Shown here in pieces: positions 37,879 to 49,877 of a stretch of 64,000 bases of DNA (within the stretch, counting starts at the first letter, position 1; every line of letters begins with the position of its first letter). The position numbers and the translations under genes are program-made. Source of the DNA: Chiloscyllium plagiosum (Eukaryota); NCBI RefSeq assembly GCF_004010195.1, contig NC_057719.1:26509537-26573536 (forward strand). Reading direction: 5' to 3'. The notes under the pieces are model-generated. The model was not told the origin of the DNA, ran no database searches, and saw only the letters and a program-made list of their open reading frames with translations.

Positions 37879-38624
37879 ATGACAGAGAATTCCGCTGGTG
37901 TACCACGATTTAAGCAAAGAAATTTCTCCTCATCTCAGATTTAAATGGCCTATGCCATATTATTAAATAGAGGCCACTGGTACTAGACTCCCTAGTCATT
38001 GGGAAAATCCTGCCTGCATTTATCCTGTTTAGTTCTGTCAGAACTTTATAGGAAATGTAATTTAATAAAAATTCAGAAATATGGGTCATCTGGCCACTCC
38101 TATCAATGCTTCTTAACAAAGTTCACATGCATAAAGGCCATTTGGATGAAAACAGCCATCAAATCTTCCTAAAGGAATACCCCCAGCAGACCACACCAAC
38201 AATATTGCCACAGAAATGCGACAGAATCCTCAAGGAAGACTCGATGGGCCGAATGGCCTTACTTCCACTCCTATGTCTTATGGTCTAAGATCCAGGATAT
38301 TGGAATCCCAGGCTCATACTCACCTTGCCTTAGCTGCCACTGAAGTAACCACGAGGAATGGCCGAATTAAGTGTAATTTCCATTGTATTTAGCTATTTCT
38401 AATTAATCTGTTCAGAACTGTTATTACACACGTCTTGAGTCTTAAACCTGGGCCTACAGGTTCGGAGGTAGAGACACTGCCATTCTACCAAAAGAACCCT
38501 GTCTATTGTTTTAACTAATGGTTCATAAGGGTAAATGCCGACTACCTGACCTGTGAGGACATCTTCTGTGAATGCACATCATTGCTGTTCAACTGAAGTG
38601 GAATCCTCCCTCCCTTTTGGGGTC

Positions 38625-38975
38625 ACACAATGACACTGCTGCCTCAACATGCTAGGGACCAGGGTTCGTTTCCACCCTTGGGACGTCTGCCTGTTTGGAG
38701 TTTGCACATTCTCCCCGTATCTGCATAGGTTTGCTCTGGGTACTGTACTCTGATTTCCTCCAAAGAAGTGGAAGCTAGGTGGATTGGCTATGCTAAATTT
38801 CCCAGTGTCCAAGGAAGTGGAGGTTAGGTGCATTGGCCATACTAAATTGCCTATAGTTTCCAGGAATGTGCAGACTAGGTGGGTCAGCCATTAGAAATGC
38901 AGAGAATGGAGTTGGTCTGGATGTAATTTACTACGGAGGCCCGTGTGCACCGGATTGGCCGAATGGCCTGTGGGG
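38625..38975 (+). mobile_element. HE1-like SINE abutting the PPP2R5E promoter, with an internal unit of ~45 bp present three times
   Basis: ctgctgcctca head and three copies of (g)ctaggtggattggccatgctaaatt. Confidence 0.7.
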
Positions 38976-39566
38976 AGATTCTCATGACTCTCCTCCCCCC
39001 GCGGAATAAGCCGCGCGTTGCGCGATTCTTCGATTGACGTTGACATTGGCCAGTCAATATCGCGCGTTCCTGTGACGTCATTCAGATTGACGACAGACCC
39101 TTTGGCAGTACCCCCCCACCCGGGGGAAGAGGGGTGCCCCCCAACCAATGGACGAGAGGGGATCCGCGGAGGGGGCGGGTAGTGCCCCCGCCCTCAAACC
39201 GCGAGACACGCCCCCTTTTCCGTCACCTCCCCCTCCCCCACCAGCCGCACGGAGCTGGTCGTCACCCCATATTGGCAATGGACGCAGCGGCTCATCGGCT
39301 CTGACACAAAAGGAAGAGGAACACAATAGAGAGAGAGAGAGAGAGAGAAGGAGGGGGGAGGGGGGTGTGACACAAAACCAACACACAGCCAGGGCCAGGC
39401 AGCCGGTGTAGTCGAGGAATGTGACCGTTTATTCACATATTATCTGCTTCAAAAGGAAGGATCCCACCCTCATAGAGCACACGGTGCCGCCGGCCCGGCC
39501 TCTGCCGCGGTTTTAATGAAGTGAGCGGCGCGAGGACAGGAGAGAGGCGGCCTCCTAACCCCCCCT

Positions 39567-39630
39567 CGCCCCCCCATCCCCGTTACCTCCCACCGCCCCC
39601 CCCCATCCCCGTTACCTCCCACCGCCCCCC
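39567..39630. repeat. Tandem duplication of a ~28-bp C-rich unit
   Basis: cgcccccccc(c)atccccgttacctcccac occurs twice, followed by a partial third copy. Confidence 0.85.
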
Positions 39631-39949
39631 AACCCCACCTTCCCCTCCCCGGGCCCTCTGGACACAAGGCCGTGCTCCCTTAGGAGGGTGCTCTCTCGGC
39701 ACCGGGATCCGGGCCTGGCACTTTGGGGGGGGAAGTGGGTGGGGGTTTAAGGAGGCGGGGAGGAGACCAGCCCTTGTTTACCCCGGCTCTGTCTTGTGTG
39801 TGTTTGTGGGGAGAAGGGGGCGGGGAAGGCCCCTTTCTGCCTCTTGTGTTTGTCTTGTCTCAATTCCACACACATCCTCCCCCCCCTGTCCCTCTCCTCT
39901 CCTGCCCCTCCCGAGGTGAGCTGGTGACTCGGCTCGGTCGAGAGGGGAC

Positions 39950-40103
39950 ATGTCCTCGCCCACCGTCACCTCGCCGGTGGAGAAAGTAGACGGATTTTCT
40001 CGGAAGTCCGTCCGCAAGTCCAAGCAGAAGCGCTCGCACAGCTCCTTGCAGTACAAGATCCAAGGCAAAGCCGTCGACTTGAAACCCCTGCCTCTGCTAA
40101 AGG
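39950..40103 (+). CDS. PPP2R5E: PP2A regulatory subunit B56-epsilon, first coding exon (phase-1 donor at 40104)
   Basis: MSSPTVTSPVEKVDGFSRKSVRKSKQKRSHSSLQYKIQGKAVDLKPLPLLK matches the B56-epsilon N-terminus (VDKVDGFSRKSVRK..LPLLKD). It ends AAG G|gtaagg. Confidence 0.93.
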
Positions 40104-40314
40104 GTAAGGAACGGTCAGGCCTGCCTCACTTCAGTATTTTACCTCTTGATTTTTATATTTATTATTAATGTGCCTGACTTTGAGCTCGATACGTTCTTAA
40201 GCAGTGAATGGAACCGGTGAAATAACAAAGTTGCTAGATAGGTTTCTGTAATAGAAGGAGCATGTCTGTTGTGTAGTTTATTTGGATTTAAAATGTTCCA
40301 CCAGGCTTATATTA

Positions 40315-40490
40315 AAAAAAACAAAGAACTGCGGATGTTGGAAATCAAACAGCACTTGCTGGGAAAACTCAGTAGGTCTGGCAGCATCTGGCACTTCTGA
40401 TATTCTGAAGAAGGGTCACTTGGACTCCGGTCCACAAATTCTGCCAGACCTGCTGAGTTTTTCCAGCAATTTCCGTTTTTGTTTCTGAGC
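40315..40490. mobile_element. Family C fold-back element
   Basis: Arms ttgctgggaaaactcagtaggtctggcag / ctgccagacctgctgagtttttccagcaa. The loop holds CTGAAGAagggtcacttggactc with GAAA lost. Confidence 0.75.
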
Positions 40491-41129
40491 ACTTGAGTGT
40501 CAGTTTGAAGGCGATCAGGAATTTGCATGGGTTCCTCCCCCCCACTCTCTTTCCATTCCCACCCATAGTTTTACGGTTAAAATACTATAATTATTTGCAC
40601 GATTGTTGTTTGCAAGTTTTCTGTGCAGCTTGTTGTGCTGAGTATTTAAAGCTGGGTCAAATGTAAAGGACATGATTGTTACTCCCCTCTTGTCCTGTTG
40701 ACCCAAAGCCTTTGCGGTTGCCAAGCTGACAATGACTTCACAGTTCATTCCCTGTTGCTGAAGTAACAAAGGTCTCTAGAGGAGGTGACTTTTGTAACTG
40801 TTTTCTTGTAAGAGTACTGATTTAAATACATGCTTTAGATATTGTTTTCATTTGCTGATAACTTGTGAGTTGTGTTAATCTGTAACATTAACTTGAGTTG
40901 ATCAGGTGAGTTGCTCTGTTATTAGTACATTCTATGCATGAGTGAACAATGGGTATTCTAATAGCCTTCCAACTTTATTTTCAGCTAGGTATACTTTATC
41001 CAAGAGAACTTTCAAACTTGATGGAAGCTGTGGTTCTACAGCAAGATCGGAGTATTGTGCTTTCCAATTATTAAAGGGAGGAGCAAATGAGCATTAAATA
41101 AAACCAAAAGTAGTATTGCGTTCTTCTAT

Positions 41130-41520
41130 ATGCAGTAGTGCAGCAGATGCCACTGGACTGGTAATCCAGAATTGTAGATTAATGTTATAAGAATATGGGA
41201 TTGAATCCTATTATGGCAGATGGTGAAATTTTGAATTCAATAAAAATCTGGAGTTAAAAAGCTAGTCTAATCATAACTGTGTAACTAGTTTTACTCTTGT
41301 AAATACACACCTGATTGATTAATATCCTTTTAAGAATGAAATTTGCCATCCCTACCTGGTCTAATCCATATGTCACTCCAGATTTACAGGATTGTGACTG
41401 ACTCTTGCCTGCACTCTGAAATGGTCTGGCAAACCACTGAGTCCAAGGGTAATTAAAGATGGGCAATAACAGTTGACCAAGCCAACAATGTCCAAATCCC
41501 ATGATTGATTTTTTTAAAAA
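41130..41520 (+). mobile_element. SINE family B
   Basis: Homologous to 21925-22285. Confidence 0.7.
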
Positions 41521-41899
41521 GTAGCTAATGAATGCTGCACACTTCAAGATTGCAACAAGAATGTGAGATCTTTTGCAAATATGCTAATTAAAATAAATTA
41601 CTTATGATTGGGCAAGTCCTATTCTACAGTTGGCTCTATTCTCCTTAATTATTGAAATGATGTTTGCAATTATAGTCTCTCTCAAATTGTTACTAAGCAT
41701 TATGGTATTTTGCAGTTTTAAATCATTTAGTTTGGAGACCACTTAGAAATTGGTGATAAAACAGATAAGTTTGACTGTCACAGTTTTGATTGGAGTTAGT
41801 CTTTTTTTATGGTTGAAAAGAAAACTATATATTTTCATTGTAGAATATGAGAGATTGCCATCCACAAAATGCACTGCTCCTCTTTGTCTCACCTGTTGA

Positions 41900-42432
41900 C
41901 GAGGCCTCTCCTGGATTACTGTGTGTAGTCCTGGTCGCTCTGTTATAGGGAGGATATTATCAAGCTGGAGAGGGTTCAGAAGAGATTCACCAGCATGTTG
42001 TCGGGAATGGAGGGTTTGGGTTATAAAGAGAGGCTGGATCAGCTCGGACTTTTTTCACTGGAGTGTAGGAGGTTGAGGGGTGACCTTATAGAGGTTTATA
42101 AAATCTTGGTGTGAATGGCAGGTGTCTATTCCCTAGGGGGTTGGAATTTCAAGACCAGGCAGCATATTTTGAAGTTGACAGGAGAAAGATTTTAAAAGAC
42201 ATGAGGGCTAACGTTTTCGCACAGAGTGGTTCCTGTGTGGAATGAACTTCCAAAGGAAGTGGTGGATGCGGGTACAGTTTGAAAGACAGTTGGATAAGTT
42301 CGTGAATAAGAGATATTCACTGGAACGAGGGCCAAGCACAGGCAGGTGGGACTAGTTTTATTTGGCATTGTGGTTGGCATGGACTGGTTGGACCGAAGGG
42401 TCTGTTTCTGTGCTGCATGACTCTATGACTAG
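41900..42432 (+). mobile_element. CR1 3' fragment
   Basis: KLERVQKRFTSML region and a ctctatgact tail. Confidence 0.85.
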
Positions 42433-43479
42433 AATATATTCTTGAATTAGGTCCAGATCTGGTGTGTAAAGGGTATTTCAAAGAAACATTTTTCCCTTCC
42501 CTTTCCCCCAGAATTTGCTCCCATTTTTGCCAAAGGCTGTACTAGCATTATTTTTTGGATGCTGGCCCTACTTCAGCTTTTTATTTCATATGCAATTCTT
42601 CACAACCTAACTGAGTTCGCTAACAACCTATTTTATTGGTAGGAGGTGGAGCAAAGGAAGAAGTATTGTGACGACTAAGTCAAATGCTGTCTATGTGCAC
42701 TCTTTCTGCTAACTGCCACTGGGTAATGATCAAATTGGACCAAGTTTTTGTTGCTTTATACTTTCTTTGAGCCCAACATCTTAAGCCTGATTTCTACCAT
42801 CTTCAAGTTCACCTATCTAGGTGCAGACAGACATCTGAATTTGGGACAGCTTGGTTCATCTAACTCAAAGTGGATCTTCAAAGTGGAAAAAGATTTTAGC
42901 AAAAAAAATAAATCTAGGAAGCGTGCACATGCCTGCATTGAAATAGGATTTTTTTCTCTTGCAACACACTTGCTAGCATGCATATCTCTTTTTAAGCAGC
43001 AGTACAATACTCCAAGTTTGAAAATTTACAACCACTGTTAAATAAACCTTTTTGAAATCAATCCTTAGGAAATTTGACTAAAATGGAAAACATTGGTGTT
43101 TTCTCATTTCCACAAGCAGAACATCTTTGTGCTATTTCTGATTTTAGGTATTGATCAGTTGTTTGTTTGAGAAGATGGTAACATTGAAGGCATATTTCAG
43201 TTGAATGCATCAATTGACTGTCAGTCATGAGTGCAATTTGAGTACTATTTAAATCCTTATTTTTGTTACTACTTTCAGTATCATCTTGATGAATTTATAA
43301 CAAGTGCACCATTGCGTTTCTTAATCATTTAGATGCTAATTAAAAAGTCCATTTAAGTGTTGTTCCTCATGGAGATGGCATGGTGGTATGATCCATCCTT
43401 CATTATAAGTACAATTATAGTGTATACTTTACAGTAAATTGTTTTTTAAAGTTTTACCAAAGTGATAAAGTAAATGTAA

Positions 43480-43670
43480 ATAAAACAAAGAACTATGGAT
43501 GCTTAAGATGGGAAGCAAACAACAGAAAATACTGGAGAAGCTCAGCAGGTCTGACAGCATCTGTGCAGAGAAAGCAAGAATTAACATTGAGTGCAGTAAC
43601 CGTCGGAGTCTAAAAAGGAAATCACTGGCTCTGCTTTGGCTTCACAGATGCTGCTAGATTTGAGTTTTCA
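43480..43670. mobile_element. Decayed family C fold-back element
   Basis: aaaacaaagaact...cagcatctgtg / cacagatgctg inverted arms. Confidence 0.6.
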
Positions 43671-44379
43671 AACATGAAGTAAATTTCACTTGTACATCAT
43701 TGCTGTCTTCAGTTTTTCAAATGATTGTTTTGTTTTCCTGTGTCCTCTGTTGTTTTTATCTCTAGCCATAAGCTTTCTTGGCAAAGAGTGTTCTTATTGC
43801 TGGGAAATGCTCGATAAAGGGCTGCAGTACAGATCAATACCATGATTGAAAATCACAAATAATGGCATCTAATGAAGTACTTCAAGAATTAGTGATTATA
43901 ATACAACCTTTTATAACCTTTTGGGTTAGAAAGTTAGAGGAGGGCAAGTAATGGGAGGGTGATATAGTGGCACTGATGGATTGCCTGTACTATGCACCAG
44001 GTGATATTAGTTACTCCAGATAAACCAGAACTTTGATTTACACACCTGAGGCTCTCAATGGATAACCCCAGGCTAAAGGAGACAGGAGAACCAGTATTAA
44101 AACATTATACCTTTTTCTTCAAGAAGGATTCGCTTTTTAGTACAGGTACTGTCATCTTGGCAGAGTCAAACTATTTTAATGCACTGTAATGTCTCTGTTC
44201 TGTGAAATGCTTGATAATCAGTTTGCCTTAATTAAAATGGTAGTAAGCTGGGACATTGATTAATTATAGAAGGATTACTTTTCTGAATCTTTGATTTTTT
44301 TTTTTAGAATTTACATGAAATAATTTCAATCCTAATACTGTAGTTGTCTCTTTTGCCATTCAGTAGATTATGATATGAG

Positions 44380-45800
44380 TCTGTTGTCACCAGTTGTATT
44401 TATATGTGGTTAAAATGGGAGTCCCCAATTAACTTGGTCATATCTTGACTTCAGCATGCCTCAGGAAAGGTATAATGGCTGAGGTGCAATGCAGATTCAT
44501 CAGAATAATGTTTTGAGTGTTAAATTGAGGAAGAGTTGCATAACTTTGGTTTGTTTTGCCTTTATATAAGATGGTTTCAAAATCTGATCTAGTTGTTTAA
44601 CATACTAAAATTGTTTGAGGTAGATGCAACAAAAGTATTTTATTTGATGGGGTAACTAAGATCAAGCAGATACAAACTAAAAATTAGACCCAGGTAATTT
44701 AGGAGTGTATTGTACTCATTTTTTCTAATTTGCAACATAAGAATAGGAGCACAAGTAAACCATATAGCAGTGCTTTCCAAACTTTTCCCCACTGTGACCC
44801 CAGTTTTGAGTCTTAAACTGTTGTGTTCTGTCTAGGAAGAGAGCCTGCCTTAGAATGAGGGGAAGAGGGCAAAGGTTGGCCATTGCTGCCTTAAGCTTGT
44901 GACCCCAAAGTTTCAATTCCTATCCTACTTGGGGTCCAAGCTGCCACTTTAGTCATGTCATGTAGCCCTCAAGACTACTCCATTAAATGTAATCGTGACT
45001 GATCACTAACCTTAGATCCCTTTCATGTCTGCTTCCCATATCCCTTGAGAGAGACAACCTGTCTAAATATACCTCTATCTGCATTTCAACTTTAATTTTG
45101 CTCAACAAAATGGGGCATCGCAATCTTGAGGTAGGCAATTCCAGAGATTCATCTGAAAAAAAAATCCTTCTCCTCCTCCTCTTTGAATAAAATGATTGTC
45201 CCATAATCCTGAGACTGAGCTGCATGTTCTAGATTTCTCCAATCAGGGAAGCAACTTTTCAATATGTTTCAATGAGATTACCTCTTTTCTTTTATAGACC
45301 GTGTTTAGGCCCAACTTACTCAACCTGTCACTCAAGGAGCGCGTACTACTTTCCATGCATGTATATCCATCCATATTTTTCCATGGAGAAAAAGACCTAA
45401 ACTCTGTCCTTCATTCTAGGTGTGATCTTATCAAAGTGCTATTGAGTTGCAGTAAGACTGCCTTGTTCTTCTACTACTTCTACCTTGTAATAAAGAGTAA
45501 TAAGCTATTTACCTTTCTAATTGCTTGCTGTAGTTGAATGCTAACTTTACTTGTTTGATACACCTAAATTTCTCTGCACATCACCATTTAATAAGTGTCA
45601 TGCCTTTTTAATATTCAGCTTTTCTAATTATCAAACTGAAAAACCTCATGCTTCCCTACATCATACTCTATCTACAACCTTGTTGCCCAGTCAATTAACT
45701 GCACTGTTTCCAGCCTTTTGCCCACCTCACAGTTTACACTTGCACCTACCGTTGGTCAGTCAACTTAGATACTTTACTCAGTCTTTGTCTAAATCACTAA
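44380..45800. mobile_element. Old CR1 fragments (+ at 44380-44710, - at 44730-45800) with a possible hAT-like MITE at 44768-44965
   Basis: Decayed CR1 3' motifs. cagtgctttccaaactttt resembles a hAT-Charlie terminus, but no clear partner TIR was found. Confidence 0.5.
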
Positions 45801-46145
45801 TATACCATATATACTCAAGTAAAAGTCGCTCCCTTATTTTTGACCAAAAACTCTGGAATTTTCCTTATCTCATGTAAAAGTCAACGCTAGTTTTTTTTGT
45901 AGATAATCAACACTTATGTACAGGATAATACCTTGACAATCAAATGTTACAATGAGGAAATGAATTTTTTTGTGCTATCGTATGTTTTGCTGTGCAATTC
46001 ACACCAATTTGGCATGAAAGTTTAAGATGCATCAGGCCAGAATCAGGTGACAATCTGTGTTCCACTCAACTTACTGTAATTGGTTATTTTTTTATTCATT
46101 TAGAGATCAATTGGGCTTCTGCTAATGATATGGTATTTTAGACGT

Positions 46146-46458
46146 GTGGGTGGCACAGTGGTTAGCACTGCTGCCTCACAGCGCCAGAGACCTGGGTTCA
46201 ATTCCCGCCTCAGAATTGACTGTGTGGAGTTTGCACGTTCTCCCTGTGTCTGCGTGGGTTTCCTTCGGGTGTTCCGGTTTCCTCCCACAGTCCAAAGATG
46301 TGCAGGTCAGGTGAATTGGCCATGCTAAATTGCCCGTAGTGTTAGGTAAGGGGTAAATGTAGGGGTATGGGTGGGTTGCCCTTTGGCGGGGCGGTGTGGA
46401 CTTGTTGGGCCGAAGGGCCTGTTTCCACACTGTAAGTAATCTAATCTAATCTAATCTA
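46146..46458 (+). mobile_element. Young full-length HE1-like SINE
   Basis: A box tggcacagtggtt, B box ggttcaattcc, (ctaat)n tail, and a possible TSD tagac(g)tgtgg. Confidence 0.9.
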
Positions 46459-49229
46459 GACTGTGGCATGAAATTCAGCCCCTCAAAAGTAGTATCTATG
46501 TAATAGTCAACCCTGTAAATATAACCTTAGTCTAAAAAGTTCAATATTTGTACAAGTGTATATATGGTAGATTGTAAATGACTGACGTTTTAGCACTGAT
46601 CCTTGCAGTACTCCCACTAGCTACAGCTTGCCAACTTGAAAACACTCATTTATTTTTATTCTTCTCTTTCTGTCCATTATCGAATTCTCTCTGTGCTAAT
46701 ACGTTAGCTCCCATCCTGTTTGTGACCCAATTCTCTGTGCTATTTTAATATTGCCACCTGTATGTATGAATCTTTTTATCTACACCTTAGTCCTATGGAA
46801 ATTCAAGTATCCCATATCAATTCCCTTTTACCTCATTAGTTACAGCCTCCTAAAAGTTCTTTAAAGCTAGTAAAAATCTAGATTGTTCACTCCAAAAATA
46901 CTGTAGCTGCTAGGACGGATGGGAGGAATGTGAAGTTGGAATGCACCAAGATTGGCACTGAGCCTTTTCCGCTACCTGATTGTCATGGGTGTTCTAATTG
47001 AACAAGTGAGATAGAAAATGCTGTTGTCAATTATATTAGCAGGTGAAATTAATCTACTGGTGGAAATGACGAGAACATAACTGGAGACCTGGAAAAAAAG
47101 TATTGGAAAATAGGATATGAAGATAAGTCGATCAAAACCTGATTTACAGACAACAGTTTGAGTCTAGGCAAGAGATGAGAGAGAGTGTTTTTTTTACAAA
47201 AAAAACTTTAAATAAAAAAGGGGAAAATGAGCAGGTCCAGTGTGTGGGATCTGTGGCAGATGAATAATGATGAAAATAGAAACAAAGCAGTGGATTAGCT
47301 CTAGTTAGTCATTTGAAGTAGTGCAATATTGTTTTGCAATTTAAAATGTATTGCTGAAACAAAAAGGAGGAATCTTTTAGACATTGGAGAGACCAGCCTC
47401 TTCAGTTCATACAGTAATATGGATAACATTGAAGGGAACAATAACTAGGCACTAAGGTGTCGATGCTGAGGCAAGTGTGAAGAGAGGAAATGTGATGAGG
47501 TTAGTATTGGAAGTGGGGCAGCTGGGAGTAACAAGTGGAAGGCTTAAAATCAAATAGAAAGAGCTGTTAGCAAGAAACTTAAATGCAGTGGGATTAGAAG
47601 AGGAATGGGCACTTGACTGAAGATGTAGAGGACTATGGGAAGACAGTGGCATAGAATTTCTATCACTGGCCTAGAAATCCAGAGGCCCAGATTAAATATG
47701 GACATTGGTTGAAATCCTGTCAATGCAGGTGTTGAATTTGAATTTATTTTAAGTTTTATTAGATTTATTCATTGATAAGAACCTACAATTTAGAGCAATG
47801 ATCGGTAGTGGGGACATTTTACATCTATTATTATGCTGGAAAATAAATTTAACTGTTTGCAATGTTGCTGATGTGTCCATTTAATAGGTCTAATAAGTTT
47901 CCTTTGCTATTATGATACTGTTCGTTTGAAAGCATATTTTAAAAATTATTTTGTCTTTTGATTTTCAACTGGCCCTGCTCTCTCCTGCAGTTTTTAAGCT
48001 GGTCAGTAGTTGTGTAGTGCTGCTGACGGTTGAGATTTGTGCTTGTGTTCTCTTCTGATAACCTGGGTGGGATCAGAGAATGAACTTCCTTACACCACAT
48101 TGCGTTCTGGGTTGGTGTAGTATTATGCAATTTAAAAGAACTTTGTGTAGAAATTTCAGTGGAGAAATTATTACAACTAACCCATGAGAGGATTGGCTTG
48201 TGAGTCAGATATTTCCTAATTGAGAGTGCAGTGAACTTTTGGCTTTCTCTTGTAAATTAAATACCTTACCCAGAAATCCAATAAAATGTATTTTAATGTG
48301 TGCTGAGGAATATGGATATTTGCATTTGAACTGAATGATAGATCATAAATGCAAAAGCCCATCTCACGAACATGAAGTGGGCGCAGGATTAGGCTGTTTG
48401 CCCATCAGGCCTGTTCTGCCATTCAGTAGGATTATGGTTGAATGAAACAGTGCAAACAGCAGAAATACACTTGAGAAAACATTTCTGTCACAGAAAATTG
48501 TAAGGTTATATTTTCTGTTTGTAGTCTGGTTGATTTTGTATTGTTCACTATTAGAGTTAATGATTTTAAGTATGGCATTCTCTATTACATGTACTTCATA
48601 TATTACATCTGTAATTAAGACTATTAATGTGATTATTAATAATTGTTTAAAATGAACATTTGAAGTTGTGTTCTGTTTTAAAGTATTTGGACAATTTTAA
48701 AGATTGATTTTGTGGTGTTTGTATCTAATGTATTTAGACCTTGATTTGAACCAGGGTACAGATTACAAATTAAAAGAAATTTACCTAGTCATTGCAGCCT
48801 TAGATAAATTATTATACAAATCCTCTGAGCACAAAAATTGGGCCCTCTACTACATTGATGTTTTACAATGAATCTGTGTATGTATAACTCCTTGCGTTCA
48901 CTTATTTGCTGCTTGATAGTCAAAGTTTGTCTGTGGTAAGGTGACATGTTCCAATACCAAGTGAGCATTCTTTGTGATTTCACGGTATTCGACTTTTGGG
49001 TACAACAATGAGCCAAATCTCCTCCTCGCCTATTGCCCACATGCACATTTTCTATTCATTTTATTAGATATTAATCAGGAATGTAAGACTGGCAAAGTCT
49101 TGGGACTCCAGCTGGGATGTAACTAATTTAACACCTGCTTCTGGTTTGTACAGCTTGCTGCCACGTAAGTTTGTACCTTTTATCTGGGGAATGTGAAGAT
49201 GTGTTTAATTAATTGATATATAAAGACCT

Positions 49230-49625
49230 TTTTTGCAAGGTTTGTGAAGGTTTGTAGCTCAGGTTGAGGCTTAGGGTGTAGGTTTGCTCGCTGAGCTGTA
49301 GGTTTGATATCCAGACGTTTCATTAACTGGCTAGGTAACATCATCAGTGGCGACCTCCAAGTGAAGCGAAGCTGCTGTCTCCTGCTTTCTATTTATATCT
49401 TTCTCCTGGATGGGGTTCCTGGGGTTTGTGGTGATGTCATTTCCTGTTCGTTTTTTTAGGGGTTGATAGATGGCATCTTGATCTGTGTGTTTGTTTATGG
49501 CATTGTGGTTGGAGTGCCAGGCCTCTAGGAATTCTCTGGCATGTCTTTGCTTAGCCTGTCCCAGGATAGATGTGTTGTCCCAGTCGAGGAAAAAACCCCC
49601 ACCATTTCGACTGGGACAACGCATC
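49230..49625 (-). mobile_element. Short PLE (family E) 3' end with a terminal hairpin inversion, nested in a CR1 3' fragment
   Basis: FDWDNTSILGQAKQRHAREFLEAWHS..INKH (GIY-YIG C-terminus). Inverted gatgtgttgtcccagtcga / tcgactgggacaacgcatc at 49568-49625. Confidence 0.8.
49311..49350 (-). ncRNA. Minimal hammerhead ribozyme motif (family E)
   Basis: Minus strand reads cca-CUGAUGA-uguuaccuagccaguuaau-GAAA-CGUC-ugg. Stem I cca/ugg pairs and the cleavage triplet is GUC. Confidence 0.7.
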
Positions 49626-49877
49626 TGAAAGGGCAATACTTTCCACACAGGATGATGTCTCTGGAGCAGGTTGCCACAGGTAGTGGTGGAGGAGAATGCA
49701 ATTTTGTCATTTAAGAAACATTTGGTCAGGTAAATGGATGGGACCGATATGGAGGGATGTGGACCAAGCACAGGTAAATGGGACTAGATTAATTGTGAAA
49801 ACTGGCCAGTAAGGACAAGTTGGGCTGAAGGGCCTAATTCCATGCTGCATACCTTTATGATTCTGACTCTGGTAATA

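Larger units (their letters stand above)
38980..40110 (+). promoter_or_regulatory. CpG island / promoter and 5' region of PPP2R5E
   Basis: Sharp rise in GC and CpG. CRE tgacgtca at 39073-39080, several CCAAT/ATTGG boxes, GC boxes at 39171-39193, and a (GA)n run near 39327-39348. Confidence 0.85.

Noticed and set aside
39078..40068. Several overlapping Pro/Gly-rich ORFs
   Set aside because: Expected from stop-poor GC-rich CpG-island sequence.
40104..40168. C-terminal extension GKERSGLPHF... of ORF 39950-40168
   Set aside because: This is read-through into the intron. Homology stops at the gtaagg donor at 40104.
46146..46215. tRNA gene-like A/B boxes, also at 27000-27086, 61135 and 62250
   Set aside because: They are SINE heads continuing into the SINE body and tail, not standalone tRNAs.
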